Shown: piece by piece, positions 1 through 12,000 of the stretch
Numbering within the stretch: position 1 is the stretch's first letter
Layout of the letters: each line of letters starts with the position of its first letter
From: Enoplolaimus lenunculus
Taxonomy: Eukaryota
Direction of reading: 5' to 3'
Length of the DNA stretch: 64,000 nucleotides
Assembly: GCA_030248215.1 (NCBI GenBank)
Contig: JASANG010003582.1
Coordinates: 186,001-250,000 of the forward strand
The notes under the pieces: model-generated
What the model was told of the DNA's origin: nothing
Databases searched by the model: none
Seen by the model: the letters and a program-made list of their open reading frames with translations, nothing else
Position numbers and translations under genes: made by a program

Positions 1-666
1 AATTTAGGCTTATCAGTTATGTTTATATGCAAATTATCTATTAGCTAACTACTAAACCATCAATTTTAGACGTTTTTATACAATTTATTCAGATTCCTCG
101 CACCCAAAAACCTTTTTTGGAGGTTTGTAAACAATTTATTCAAATTCTTCAAACCTAAAAACCCTTTAGTGCTGAAATTATATGGCATTTAACCTTAATA
201 ATTAATGAAACATTGTAAAAAGTCCCAATTTAGGCTTATAAACTATGCCAATATGCAAATTATCTGATAGCTAACTACTCAATTATCGGTTTTGGAGGTT
301 TGTAAATACTCTATGCAGATTCCTCGCACCCAAAAACCCTTCAACGCTGAAATAAGATTGCTTGTAACTGTAATAATTATCGAAATAATGTAGAAAGTCC
401 TAATTTAAGCTTAATCAGTTATGCAAATTAGTCTGTAGCTAATAAATGGCTTAAAATTTTAAAACCCCAATGCGAAGTTAACACCCCAGGATAATTGGCT
501 TTCAAGCAAAAAAGTTTATTAAAATCGGTTCAGCCGTTCCTGAGATTCTTTTCGGACGGACAGACGGACAGACGGACGGACGGACATCCACCTTTCGACC
601 CTAGAGTACAAAACATAAAACGCTTCGCGAAACTCCGAGGTTCGCTCGGTGTTTCGCTTCGCTCAA
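1..666 (-). mobile_element. Non-autonomous Helentron/DINE-1-like element (HINE), 5' part; runs off the window start
   Basis: Reverse complement of the copies at 8170-9474 and 11575-11996. Subterminal motif gcttcgctcaa at ~656-666 with an adjacent imperfect hairpin, (GACG/GACA)n microsatellite at ~554-586, and internal subrepeats (attcctcgcacccaaaaacc, atgcaaattatc). Confidence 0.7.
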
Positions 667-992
667 AAATGTCTACTGAGTCTGCTACATAACAAGGTTT
701 GCGTATAGCGGCATATCATATAATACTAAACAGTCATGTGCCGTTAGTATCATGTCACTCACACGTTATTACACGTGCACTCGGCACACAAAATGTCTCT
801 CCCAAAAGAAAATCAATAGCTTGTCCGGCTTATGTTTTATGGAAATTCTTTATTTCCCAGTAGTAAAACTCAATCCGGACAAAACTGATGTGCACTGTGC
901 AGTACTGTCAAAGACATTGAAATGTTTGAAAAACAGTGTAGTGGACAATATTTTATATGATAGACACACTAGGAACACCTTAGCGGAGGAAT

Positions 993-1295
993 TAAAATTT
1001 TGGCTTTAAAATTCAACTTTTGGCCGGAAAATTTATTTTTTGGCGGGAAATTCAATTTTTGACGAAGAAATGTACATATGGCGGGAAATTCAAATTTGGT
1101 TGGAAAAATTTAATTTTGGCGGGAAATTTAAATTAGTAAGGCGGGAAATTCTAAATTTAGAGGGGAAATTCAAATTTTGGCGGGAAAATTCAAACTTTGG
1201 TCAGAAATTCAACTTTTGGCGGGAAACTTTAAATTCTGGCGGGAAATTCAAATTTTGGCTTGAAATTTCAAATTTTGCTGGGAAGATAATTCTTT
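993..1295 (+). repeat. ~20-bp minisatellite (consensus ttttggcgggaaattcaaa); second block at ~1680-1832
   Basis: Tandem degenerate units visible directly; 8 exact GGCGGGAAA copies across both blocks. Explains the repetitive ORF 1040..1300. Confidence 0.9.
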
Positions 1296-1854
1296 GGTAA
1301 ATTATATTAGCGCGTGAAAAAACATACTGCCAAAATACTTTGCCATTTTTCGTACGTGTCCTAAAGATAACATGCAAAAAATAACAAAAGAACGCGGTAA
1401 ATTGATTATCTTACTTAGCGCTTTCTTGCGACAATTTTAGACTAACGATAAAGTCTGACAGTCTCGAAACTTTCTATTTAAAATTAAATGCGGACATTTC
1501 TTAAATATTTAGAGATAAAATGTCCACGCCCGCGCATAGTTTCTTAATAACGGTATAGCCAGACTTGTTAAAATAGGGTAGGGGGACGATGGATGTGCGG
1601 AGTGCGCGCATGGTAAACGTTTGAGTAACATCATATGATACGAGACAATGCAAATAACAATACTAATAATAACGCGGTAAATTTAAATTTTGGCGTTAAA
1701 TTCGAAATTTGGCTGGAAAATTATATTTTTGACAACAAAATTCAAATTTTGGCGAGAAAATAAATTTTTTGGGAAATTCAAATTTTGGCGGGAAATTTAA
1801 ATTTTGGCGGGAATCATCAAATTTTGGCGGATGCTGTTAATTTGGAATATTATA

Positions 1855-2075
1855 ATAATATTCGGACATTTGTCTGATAGTGTCACGTGACATTCGAACA
1901 GTTGTATGTTAAGATCATCTGTGTGCCCGTGCTTTGTATTGGAATATCATATGATATTCGACATCTGTCTGTCCGTATCATATGACGGTAACAGAAATTT
2001 GTGTTGATGTCGAATCGACGTTGGACAAAACATGACCCGATTGCCCCAAAACGTTAATCCCGTACCCATGTGACA
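1855..2075 (+). mobile_element. Fragment of the TIR element family seen intact at 17980-18665
   Basis: Shares the gaatatcatatgatattc palindrome and the gttgaygtcgaatc...ggacaaa subterminal block. A further right-end fragment lies at ~4870-4946. Confidence 0.55.
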
Positions 2076-3094
2076 TAACTATTAGTATGCGATGTTCATT
2101 TGAAATCAGGGATCTGTAAATAAAATGTTAAATACATTCAAACAGGTTCGAAATTGAACTCACAAGAAACGGAACCAACTCTTTTTTAACGAAAAATCTA
2201 GAATCTTCTTTGGAAGCCATATGTGATTCTAAAAATATCAAGTAATGTATAATTTACAGTAAACAGTATATATGGGTAGAAAATAAATAAATAAATAAAT
2301 AAATATACAACACATAAAACCATTTTAAATAAATTAAAATTTTTTATTTGGATTTAACCCATTATAAATTTTTAAAAAATTAGTTATATTTTAAATGTAC
2401 ATAAACAGAATGGATGTACTGTACGCAATTGGGTTTGGGTAATGTTTAGCACCACCACCACCATACCTTGCTCTTATAATTCACGTATTTGTGAATTATT
2501 TTATGTGACGTTTTATTCACGTGAGCTTGAGGCATTACCCATCATGGCGGTAATTAAATTTTAGATTAATCTTAAATAATTAATAAAAGTAACTATTTAA
2601 GATAACTTAAATTAATATTGAAATGTAATTACATTTATTAATTTAAATATAATATAAATAAATTAATATTACACTTATTTAAAATTAACCATTTGTAGTA
2701 ATTTTTTATACATTTCAACACTAAATAATATTTAAATAATTAACAACTAAATTAACTTAACAATAAACTATTTTTAAGTAATTTTATAGTTTGAACAATT
2801 TTTTAATAATTCTATAATTTTTGAATTATAATTAACTTTTAATTAACGATTTTTGTGTAATATTTTATATTGTTATTACGTATATTAATACAATAATCCA
2901 ACAATTAACAATTTTTTGAAAATTTTGTGGTTTTTGTTTTCAAATAACACTAGAAATAACAAAGTAACAACATAAATAATAATAATAATAATAATAATGA
3001 TAATAAATTAATTTTAATTAGTAATACTTAAATAATTATTAAGAATAACAATTAAAAATTAATATAATATATAACAATAATTAAACTTAGATTA

Positions 3095-3857
3095 ATGCTT
3101 AAAAATTCCAACTTTTCCAATAATAAAATCAGGTAAATTTTCAGCCGTGTACTTATTTCCTCAAATAATAATTAATAGAACTTTTCCATTTTCCAAAACT
3201 CTATATTTATAACCAAATACTCTGTTAATCTTATGCAAATATTGAATTTTTTGGTTTTGCCGGGTTCATGGTGATTTCTAATTAAACCAATTGTGTTCCT
3301 TTCGCACGTAACGTGTTATTCATGCTTTTCAAATTTTTTAAGCTACTCATTACCTGAGATTTCACATTATATCGAACAAACGATGCAATTATTCGCTGCG
3401 GAATCGTTTTTCCATCTGTAGCAAGCTCCATTTTACGCTTTTCAGCGCCACTTCGCAGCAGGTAATGACACACATTTATATCCTGCAACGTTATAGACCG
3501 TAAATTAGCATCCTTCAAAATTGAATTATTTAAAAAATCAATAGCTTGCTCGGTAACATCGCTACCAGTATCCATTTCCAAGCCAGAAATAATTATATTA
3601 TTTTTCCGGCTGTGCTCAGTCTCACTATTGAGGCGATCGTCCATACTATTAATTTTACTACCATGTGCTGTTAATTCTTCATCGTGTTTGCTAAGTTTTT
3701 CGTGATGTTCATCAAGCATTGAACCCACTGATTCTTTGAACGATTTAAACTGATTAGTAAGTTGTTCGATTTGATCCACATTGAATGTTTCATCATAGTC
3801 AATCTTTCTTTTTGCTAAAATAAATACACAAATCTTCGTTAATACATAATTCTTCAA
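3095..3857 (-). pseudogene. Decayed LINE ORF1p-like (L1/CR1 Transposase_22/FP25K-like coiled coil + RRM) coding sequence
   Basis: ORF 3282..3857 has a heptad coiled coil, then RKNNIIISGL...DINVCHYL...PQRIIASFVRYNVKSQVM...KNLK. Shifted frames beyond the stop give IRNHHEP and GYKYRVLENGKVLL, resembling the C-terminal domain. No EN/RT ORF follows. Confidence 0.7.
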
Positions 3858-4494
3858 GCATTCATTTATAAAAAACAGGCGCTAGGCCCAGTTAATGGTG
3901 CCAAAGGCACCTAATATAAGGCAAAAGCCCAAATAGCGGTCCCTATTGGGAACCTAATTAGTGTTATTATATTCTTTCTAGAAAACGAATTTATAATAAC
4001 GTTTTATTAATATTAAATTTGCACTGCAGTTTATTATATCGTAGTATATTTTTCCTAAAGTTAATTTAAAGAAATTTTTTTACTATATCCTCTATTAATT
4101 AACGTAAACCATAGTAAAACTAACTGGTTTATAGCTAGTTCTGAGTTAGAACAATAATTAAATATTCTAATAATTTGACTACTTAAAATACCTCTAAATA
4201 TTTATATCGATAAGTTACTTGTGAAATGAGGAAAATTTATACTTTAAATGAGAAATCTTTCGTTTATCATACAAATCAATGTTAGCTTTATTGTCATTTA
4301 AATTAACTGTTAAATCTAAAACATTCGCATTGGTATTCTTAATATTAATTTTTTAATGAATCTGAATAAGAAAGATATCACTCAAACAATGAATCATTAA
4401 TAACAGTTATATCATCAACATATTTATAAATGAAACAAAACTTATTTCTTAGTTTATAATCTAAATTATTAACAAATTTATATTCAATGTATAA

Positions 4495-4657
4495 CTAATT
4501 CAAACTCCAGTGACTGGAGTGGGAGGCGTATACCATCACCACTCAGCTACAGGAGCTTGACGCTCCAGCCCGAGGGGGCTCTCACGTCTTGAGGTGATTT
4601 AGTACTATGTATACGTGTTACCATTGTTAAACACGGTGCGATATACATTATTTAACG
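4495..4657 (-). repeat. Dispersed ~160-bp repeat with A-box-like TAGCTGAGTGG; diverged copy on + at ~35659-35822
   Basis: accactcagctacaggagcttgacgct (~4538-4564) matches the reverse complement of agcatcaagcttctatagctgagtggt (~35754-35780); weaker similarity extends on both sides. Confidence 0.6.
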
Positions 4658-6088
4658 TATATACACTGCGCTTAGTTGCCTATAGGCAACTCAATGTGAG
4701 AAGGGGTTAATCTTAGCATCTTTTCATATTTCTGTATTAAAATGTTTTACCAACAATTTATATTTAGACAAATTTTGTTTTTGAATGGCATATATATGTT
4801 CATAAATTCTAATTTTCAATTTTCGAAATGTCTCTCCTATTTGTCGTCATATCCGCTATTTAGATCACAACATTTTATGTTGACGTTGACTCAATATGGG
4901 ACAAAATGCGTTTCGGACTGCTCCGTTATAACGTAAACCCCGCATCCCCGCTCTTGGTTAAAGTAAAGCAAATACATAAGTTGAATGTACTCTTATAAAG
5001 ATTTATCCTATTGCATTTCGAACATCTAAAATTGATGTTTCGGTTAAAACCAGAAATATTCGAAAACACTTATACAAGTGCCCTGTCTGATGTTCTGTAA
5101 ATCTGCGGACGACTTTCAGTTCTGCCCTTTCTCGCTCATCAAAAACTAGAGCCTGCACTCTCAAATGTGTGTAGCGCATATTAGTTGATGATAGGTCTTG
5201 CTGTCCGGCCCACTCCTTTGATTTCCGCCTAAAAGCAAAGTTAGAATCCTAGCTCTATGGATCTGACAATATTTGGTGAGGTATATGGGGTTAGTCACGC
5301 TCACCTAGTTGGTTTCAAGACCAATTTCTGAGTTCTTTTAGGTTCTTAAAATTGACAGTTTGCGTATCTGGACCAGGTCGAATTGTTTGGCACGTGAGCA
5401 CGACATGAAAACATATCGGCAGCAAAGCGAGCGAGAAGCTAGACACTATTGTTTTTTACTCTAGTAGTTCAAAACTTCTTTCTGAAGCCTTTGTGTGAGA
5501 ATTTTTGTATAAATGATAAATATTTCTAGGCACAATGAGTTGAAATAGGGTGAGCGAAGGCTCAAAGACAGAATTTAGATCGAGCCTAGAAGAATTCGCG
5601 AGCGCGGCGAGAGAGAAGTTTTATAAAGTTTCAGAATTAAAATCCCTCTTTAACAGTCTCAAAACATTTCTTCGCTCATGAAGCGCGGGGTCTACTCTAA
5701 ACACCAAACCGAATCCCACTGGTCTAGAGCTTATGCAATTTGTTTTTCCATCTTTGAACAGCATTGTAGGCAAAATTATTTCGAAAATTGATCAGTGGAA
5801 AACATTGCGAGCGAAGCGAGCGAGAAACCGTACGTAATTTTTGTGCCTAATGTTAATTATGACGCAAGTACCGATTTCGATTAAGGGGCCTCGGCCGTCA
5901 CGTCCCCCTCTCGGTACGCCAATGAAATTTGAAGTTTTAATGGCGAAGGTTGTACTTTTAATGCTAGCATATTATTTCACAATATCGACATAGCTAACTA
6001 TTTAACTCTCTTGCAAGTGTGGAATGATAGTTATTCGGCCATCGACGACGGTATCGCGCAAACATTAGTAGCGAGGAAGAGAACCTTG

Positions 6089-9000
6089 ATGTCTGGACCT
6101 ATACGAAAAGCGTCACACGCTGGTAGCTGGTATTTAGACAATCGTAAGTGTCAGTTTGTTGACTGTTGTCGGCGGCACAGTCGGGCGACCCCTTTCTCCG
6201 TGTCTGAGACGACCCGTTTTTTCGAAGTAATGCAAATATACATGGTTTTTCCCTTTTTCTATGAAACATCTGGCCAAGCCCATAATCGAACCTCGGAGCT
6301 CTCGCTCTCGAGTCAAGCGCGCTACCAGTAACCACGCGGCAGATATAATTTTCTCTAACACTCTGCACTTGTATGTATGTGCCTTATATTACATACACTA
6401 TGCACATACACATGCTACACCACGAATACCAACATTTCCCATTCTTCAGGTGCTACACCACGAATACCAACATTTCCCCTTCTTCAGGTGGTCGTCCCGA
6501 ACCGCGAATCCAAACTGCTCCAAATCCATTTGCCTGTTATTTAGAGCGCCAGTCTCTTTGGGATATTCGTGTCAGAGCTATCGGGACGACCCTTTTTTCA
6601 ACGTTCTGCGAATATACATGGTTTTCCCCTTAATTTCCGTGTAACATGGTCACACCGGGAATCGAAACTCGGACCTGACCTCTCACTCTCGAGACAAGCG
6701 CGCTGCCCATTACACCACACGGCCGATGTTATAATTTTCTGTGTAGGTGGCACAGCCAAGTAATTTCTATAAAATTACCTAAAACTGGTGGATTTGGTAT
6801 TTTCCCCTAATTACCCTTATATTGGGCACCCCTGGGCCTCCTAAGACTTATAATATATTGTGTATTTATATTAGTTTATATCGCGCAAATGCGCTAGATA
6901 GTTTTCATAATATGTCGTTAAATTGTTCAAGTCTTGTTAATGATTAGTTAAAAATCATATGTGTTATAACCAGTTATGCTGGTCAGTATGCAAATTAACT
7001 TAGTATGGGGATGGCTTTAGCTATCCCCATATTCATTCTTGATATTAGACACTTAACGATCTGACGTATCTTTACAACTGTTATTATTCTACTTTCAACG
7101 GAACTTTTCTTATTGGTTTTGTTTGCGTACGGAGTACGGCACTGAACTTATTGTGTGTTTACGGAGTTGATTAATGAGCTTAGAATTTGGTTGAATATCT
7201 TCGGGTTACAGTTGTATTACTCGGGGTACCGCGTGGGTTTGTTAATGCAACATATAGTGTGGGAACGTTCTGATGAACTAGCGTAACCGTAGCTGTTTTA
7301 TGTTGGAGTAAAATGGAATGTTTCTGGAGATAGGAGTTAAGGAGTCTTGGAGTATTGGAGTGTTTTGGGAGTTAATTATTGGAGTTATATTTGGTATTAG
7401 TGTCTGGAGATTGGAGTTTTATTCGAGAAATTTCGGAATTAAATATTAGCATAAGTTTAGTCACTGCGTTAATACACATACACCACGCGGCAGATTTTAT
7501 AATTTTCTCTAACACTATATCTGCACTTGTATGTATGTGCCTTACATTACGTACAGTATGCACATACACATGCTACACCACGAATACTAACATTTCCCCT
7601 TCTTCAGGTGGTCGTCCCGAACCGCTAATCCAAACTGCTCCAAATCCATGGGCGTGCTATTTAGAGCGCCAGTCTCGGTGCGGACATTCGTGTCAGAGCG
7701 ATCGGGACGACCCTTTTTTCAACGTTCTGTGAATATACATGGTTTTCCCCGAAACTTCTTTGTATCATATGGTCACGCCGGGAATCGAACTTCGGACCTC
7801 TCGCTCGCGAGACAAGTGCTCTGCCCATTACACCACACGGCCGATGTTATAATTTTCTCTAACACTATATGTGCACATGTATGTATATAGGCATTCTCCG
7901 TCTTATCAAATATATTTTTTCAAAACATATGCTTCCTGGAATCTGTGTCATCTTACTTTTATCTTGAACAGTTAAGTACATTCACTTTGTCTGTTGTCAT
8001 TTTATTTCAGCCAAAGAGCTCAACCGACAGTTGGACAACTGGCTGTCTCAAGTTAGCGTTGCTCATGGGCCAGCCAGAGCTATTATTGCACCGTATGTTA
8101 TTCTTTGTTCCTTATCCATTTATGTTTGAAAGTAAAAACAATGAGCATAGAACATAACATATAGCAGTTGTCCTTCCGAAAAGAATCTCCGGAACGGCTG
8201 AACCGATTTTATAAACTTTTTTGTTTGAAAGCTAATTATCCTGGGGTGTTAACCTCGCATTGGGGTTTTAATATTTTAGGCCGCTTATTTGTTACAGGTT
8301 AATTTGCATAATAAATAAGCCTAAATTAGGACTTTTCACAATATTTCACTAATTATTACAGTTAGATGCAATCTAATTTTGCATTAAAGGGTTTTTGGGT
8401 GCGAGGAATCTGCGTAGAATATTTACAAACTTCCAAAACCAATAATTGAGCCGTTAGCTAATAGATAAATTGCTTATTAGCATAGTTTATAAGCCTAAAT
8501 TAGGACTTTTTACAATATTTCACTAATTATTAAGGTTAAAAGCAATATAATTTCAGCACTAAATGAGTTTTAGGTGCGAGGAATTTGAAGAAATTGTTTA
8601 CAAATTTCCAAAACTGATAAATGAATAGGTAGCTAATAGCTAATTTGCATATTAGCTAAATTGACAAGACAAAACTTGGACTTTTTAAATTATTTCAATA
8701 ATTATTAGGGCTTACTGAAGTTTTTTAGGCGCGAGGAATCTGAATAAATTGTGTACATACGTCTAAAACCGATTATTGAGTAGTTAGCTAATAAATCGTT
8801 TGCATATAAGCATAATTGATAAGCTTAAATTAGGCGTTTTTACAATGTTTCACTAATTATTACGGTTACAAGCAATCTAATTTCAGCAAATGGGTTTTCG
8901 GGTGCGAGGAATCTGAATAAAATGTCCACAAACCTTTAAAACCGATAAATGAATAGTTAGCTAATAACTAATTTGCATATTACCTTAATTGCTTACGTGT

Positions 9001-12000
9001 GTTCGAGCTTCGCTCAATAAATGTAGTCCCACTACGACTGGTTATTATGGTTAAAAGCAATATAATTTAAGCAGTAATGGGTTTTTAGGTGCGAGGAATT
9101 TGAATAAACTGTTTACAAACAGTTAAAACCGATAATTGAATAGTTAGCTAATATCTAATTTGCATATTAGCTTAATGCGTCATATTAGCTTAATTGACAA
9201 GACAAAATTAGGACTTTTTAAAATATTTCAATAATCCTTAGGTTTTACTGAAGGCTTTTTGGTGGGAGGAATCTGAATAAATTATTTACAAACCTCCAAA
9301 ACCGATAATTGAGTAGTTAGCTAATAGATAATTTGCATATAAGTATAATTGATAAGCCTAAATTAGGCGTTTTTACAATGTTTCACTAATTATTAGGGTT
9401 ACAAGCGCATATTACCTTAATTGCTTACGTGTGTTCCAGCTTCGCTCAATAAATGTAGTCCCACTACGGCTGGTATATACATGTGAGAAGAGAGTTTTTG
9501 ACGCACTCTGTTCGGATACGGTTAGGCTAAAATAGAACTTTACATCGCAGACAACAAATTAATTTTGCAAAATCAATTATATTAAGCCGCCGCCATGTTT
9601 GTAGTTAAATGCGATATAAATACTGTGTATTATATTAGTATATATTTCAGGCATGCTGGATACGCTTATTGTGGAAGTTGTGCCGCATACGCATATAAAC
9701 AAATAGATCCATACGCTGTGTGAGTTTTATGTTAAAATTATACTTTAGATTTGTGATCCTGATTTGGACTCTGGTTGTGTTTCAGTTCGTGACCATCAAA
9801 ATGGATACTGTTTTTAAAGATGGATCGGTTCGAGATCTGTCATATTTTCCCCTACTGTAATAAAACACCTTTATAGTTTTTTGTACATCGAGTCATTTTT
9901 ACTAACTTCTTACCTTTCGCAGTCCGTTCTAAATAATAAAAAAAAATTTCTTTTTTCTGTGCTTCCAATTCGGATCTTTTTGTTCAATTACGTACTTGCG
10001 TACTACGTATTAATATGCGTCTGTTTCGTTGCAGAGACAGAATATTCATTCTTGGCCCGTCTCATCAGGTTTGCCTTTCTGGCTGTGCAGTCACTCAGTG
10101 CTCAAAATATCGCACTCCGTTCTATGACTTGGTTGTGGACCAAAAAAGCAAGTTTTCAGCTTTTGATTAGATTTTATTGTATGAATTAAGAGGAGATGCG
10201 GCGAAAACGCGACATTTTGATCGCCCCAGAAAGAAAATTTTATAAAAATGAAAATTTCAGAAAATGGTGGCAACTTTGTGCTCATTCGAAAGTTCACAGC
10301 CTGAGAAATTCGTTTTTCCGAGTGTGGAATATGGTCTTGCAATTAGGTAGCAAGTTATGGGCTAAAAACTTCAAATATTCTTTGACCGGAATTTTTTATT
10401 TTTACAAATTTAGAACTAATGGTAGGTTTTCCTGAAATGTGGTTTTTTGTGGACGCATACATTCGCATAGGCTTTCAAACAAGAGCCCTAACAGAGATTT
10501 TTTATACATCTCTTGCTCCCTCGTCTAAAAAGTTTGTAAAACAATTAGAGTTTGTTCTAAGATACAAAATAATAGTGAAAGTGCACTACCTATTGCATTA
10601 ACAACGCCATTTTGAGGTATAAAATCAACGTATTTCTTGTGCCGTATTTCGAAACGTGTGATTAGCGGGGGATCATTTATGGTCACCTTCCCCCAGGAAT
10701 TTTTTGTTTTTTTTTTGTAAAAAGTGGGCAATTTTTGCTTTTTTTACAAAGTGACTTTTCGGGAGGATCAAAATTTGATTCCCCACGGAAAGTCGCAATG
10801 TTTTTAAAAAATATTGTTGGCTGCAACAAGGAACAAGAACAACACCTTAGACTGGCTGTTTAACTTTGAAAACTGCGGAAATGTTTGGTTAGGACTAAAA
10901 AGCATTATGAAATAAAATTTCCGGTGTATGATCAAAACGTTTCCCGGAAGAATCATGCTTATCTAGATCTGTATTCCCGGATGCAGCAGGCTAAGTTAAC
11001 CTGGTTAATAAAATCCCTGTTTAATGCTGGTTTTGTTTCCAACAGCGGCTCAACGTACACGTACAAAGTTTTAAAGTGACGATTATATTTTCCGGAGGGT
11101 CAAACTGCATTCCACATTTTGACTACCGTTTTTTACGATGGCCTAATCAAATACATGATGTCATTATTGCAGCGAGAACTCATAGCCGTAATTGGTATGT
11201 ACAAACGATTCACCCTAAGAACTTGCAACTTTGTAGCCGTGATGTTTCATAAGTGAAAAATTGTGTAATAACACATGCAAACCATGGAAGTGAAGTTCAC
11301 TTTTAGAATCTGGGCTTGTCATTTTTACACAAGAAAGTAGTTAAGCCCAAAGCACATGGATGTTCGTATGTATGTATAAAAGGCAAATTTAGAACAGGAT
11401 GGCGTTGAACCCATGATTTTACCGAATCCTTTTCCATGGCAATTTTGCCGATTTCGAATAGACAAAAATATGCTGCAGAGCTAAATTTATAGCCGTTTAA
11501 CTAACCAAATTTGCAAGCCAAACGGATGCAGGCAACAGAAACCTGTAGATTTGTTAATAGACAACCCAAATTTATTAAGCGAAGCGAAACTCCGAGCCAA
11601 GCTCGGAGTTTAGAAAAGCGTTTTATGTTTTGTACTGTGGGGTCGAATTGTGGATGTCCGTCCGAAAGAAATGTCAGGAACCGCTGAACCGATTTTGATG
11701 AACTTTTTTGTTTGAAAGGTAATTAAAATTTTAAGCCGTTTACTAGCTTCACGCTAATTTGCATAATTAGTTAAGCCTAAGTTAGGACTTTCTACATTAT
11801 TTCACTAATTATTGCAGTTACAAGCAATCTAATTTCAGCAGTATATGGTTTTTGGATCGGGAAATCTGAATAAATTGTTTACAAACCTCCGAAACCGATA
11901 ATTGAGTAGTTAGCTAATAGCTAATTTGCATAATAGCTTAATTGCTTACGTGTGTTTGAGGTTCGCTCAATACATGTAGTCCCACTGCGACTTGTTGGAA

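Noticed and set aside
1040..1300. 86-aa ORF with repeated KFKFW motifs
   Set aside because: Translation of the 20-bp minisatellite.
2280..3095. Mitochondrial control region or NUMT
   Set aside because: Extremely AT-rich, but no mitochondrial gene, rRNA or tRNA sequence is recognisable.
5075..5410. Two-exon minus-strand frame divergent from MEMO1
   Set aside because: It has an in-frame stop and no recognisable homology.
7770..7842. Functional tRNA-Ala(CGC) gene
   Set aside because: Mismatched acceptor and T stems, a Pro-like body and variable anticodon between copies; treated as a tRNA-derived repeat.
6099..7890. Overlapping similar ORFs here and at 47754-48029
   Set aside because: They arise from the GC-richer tRNA-like repeat units; the frames are not conserved between copies.
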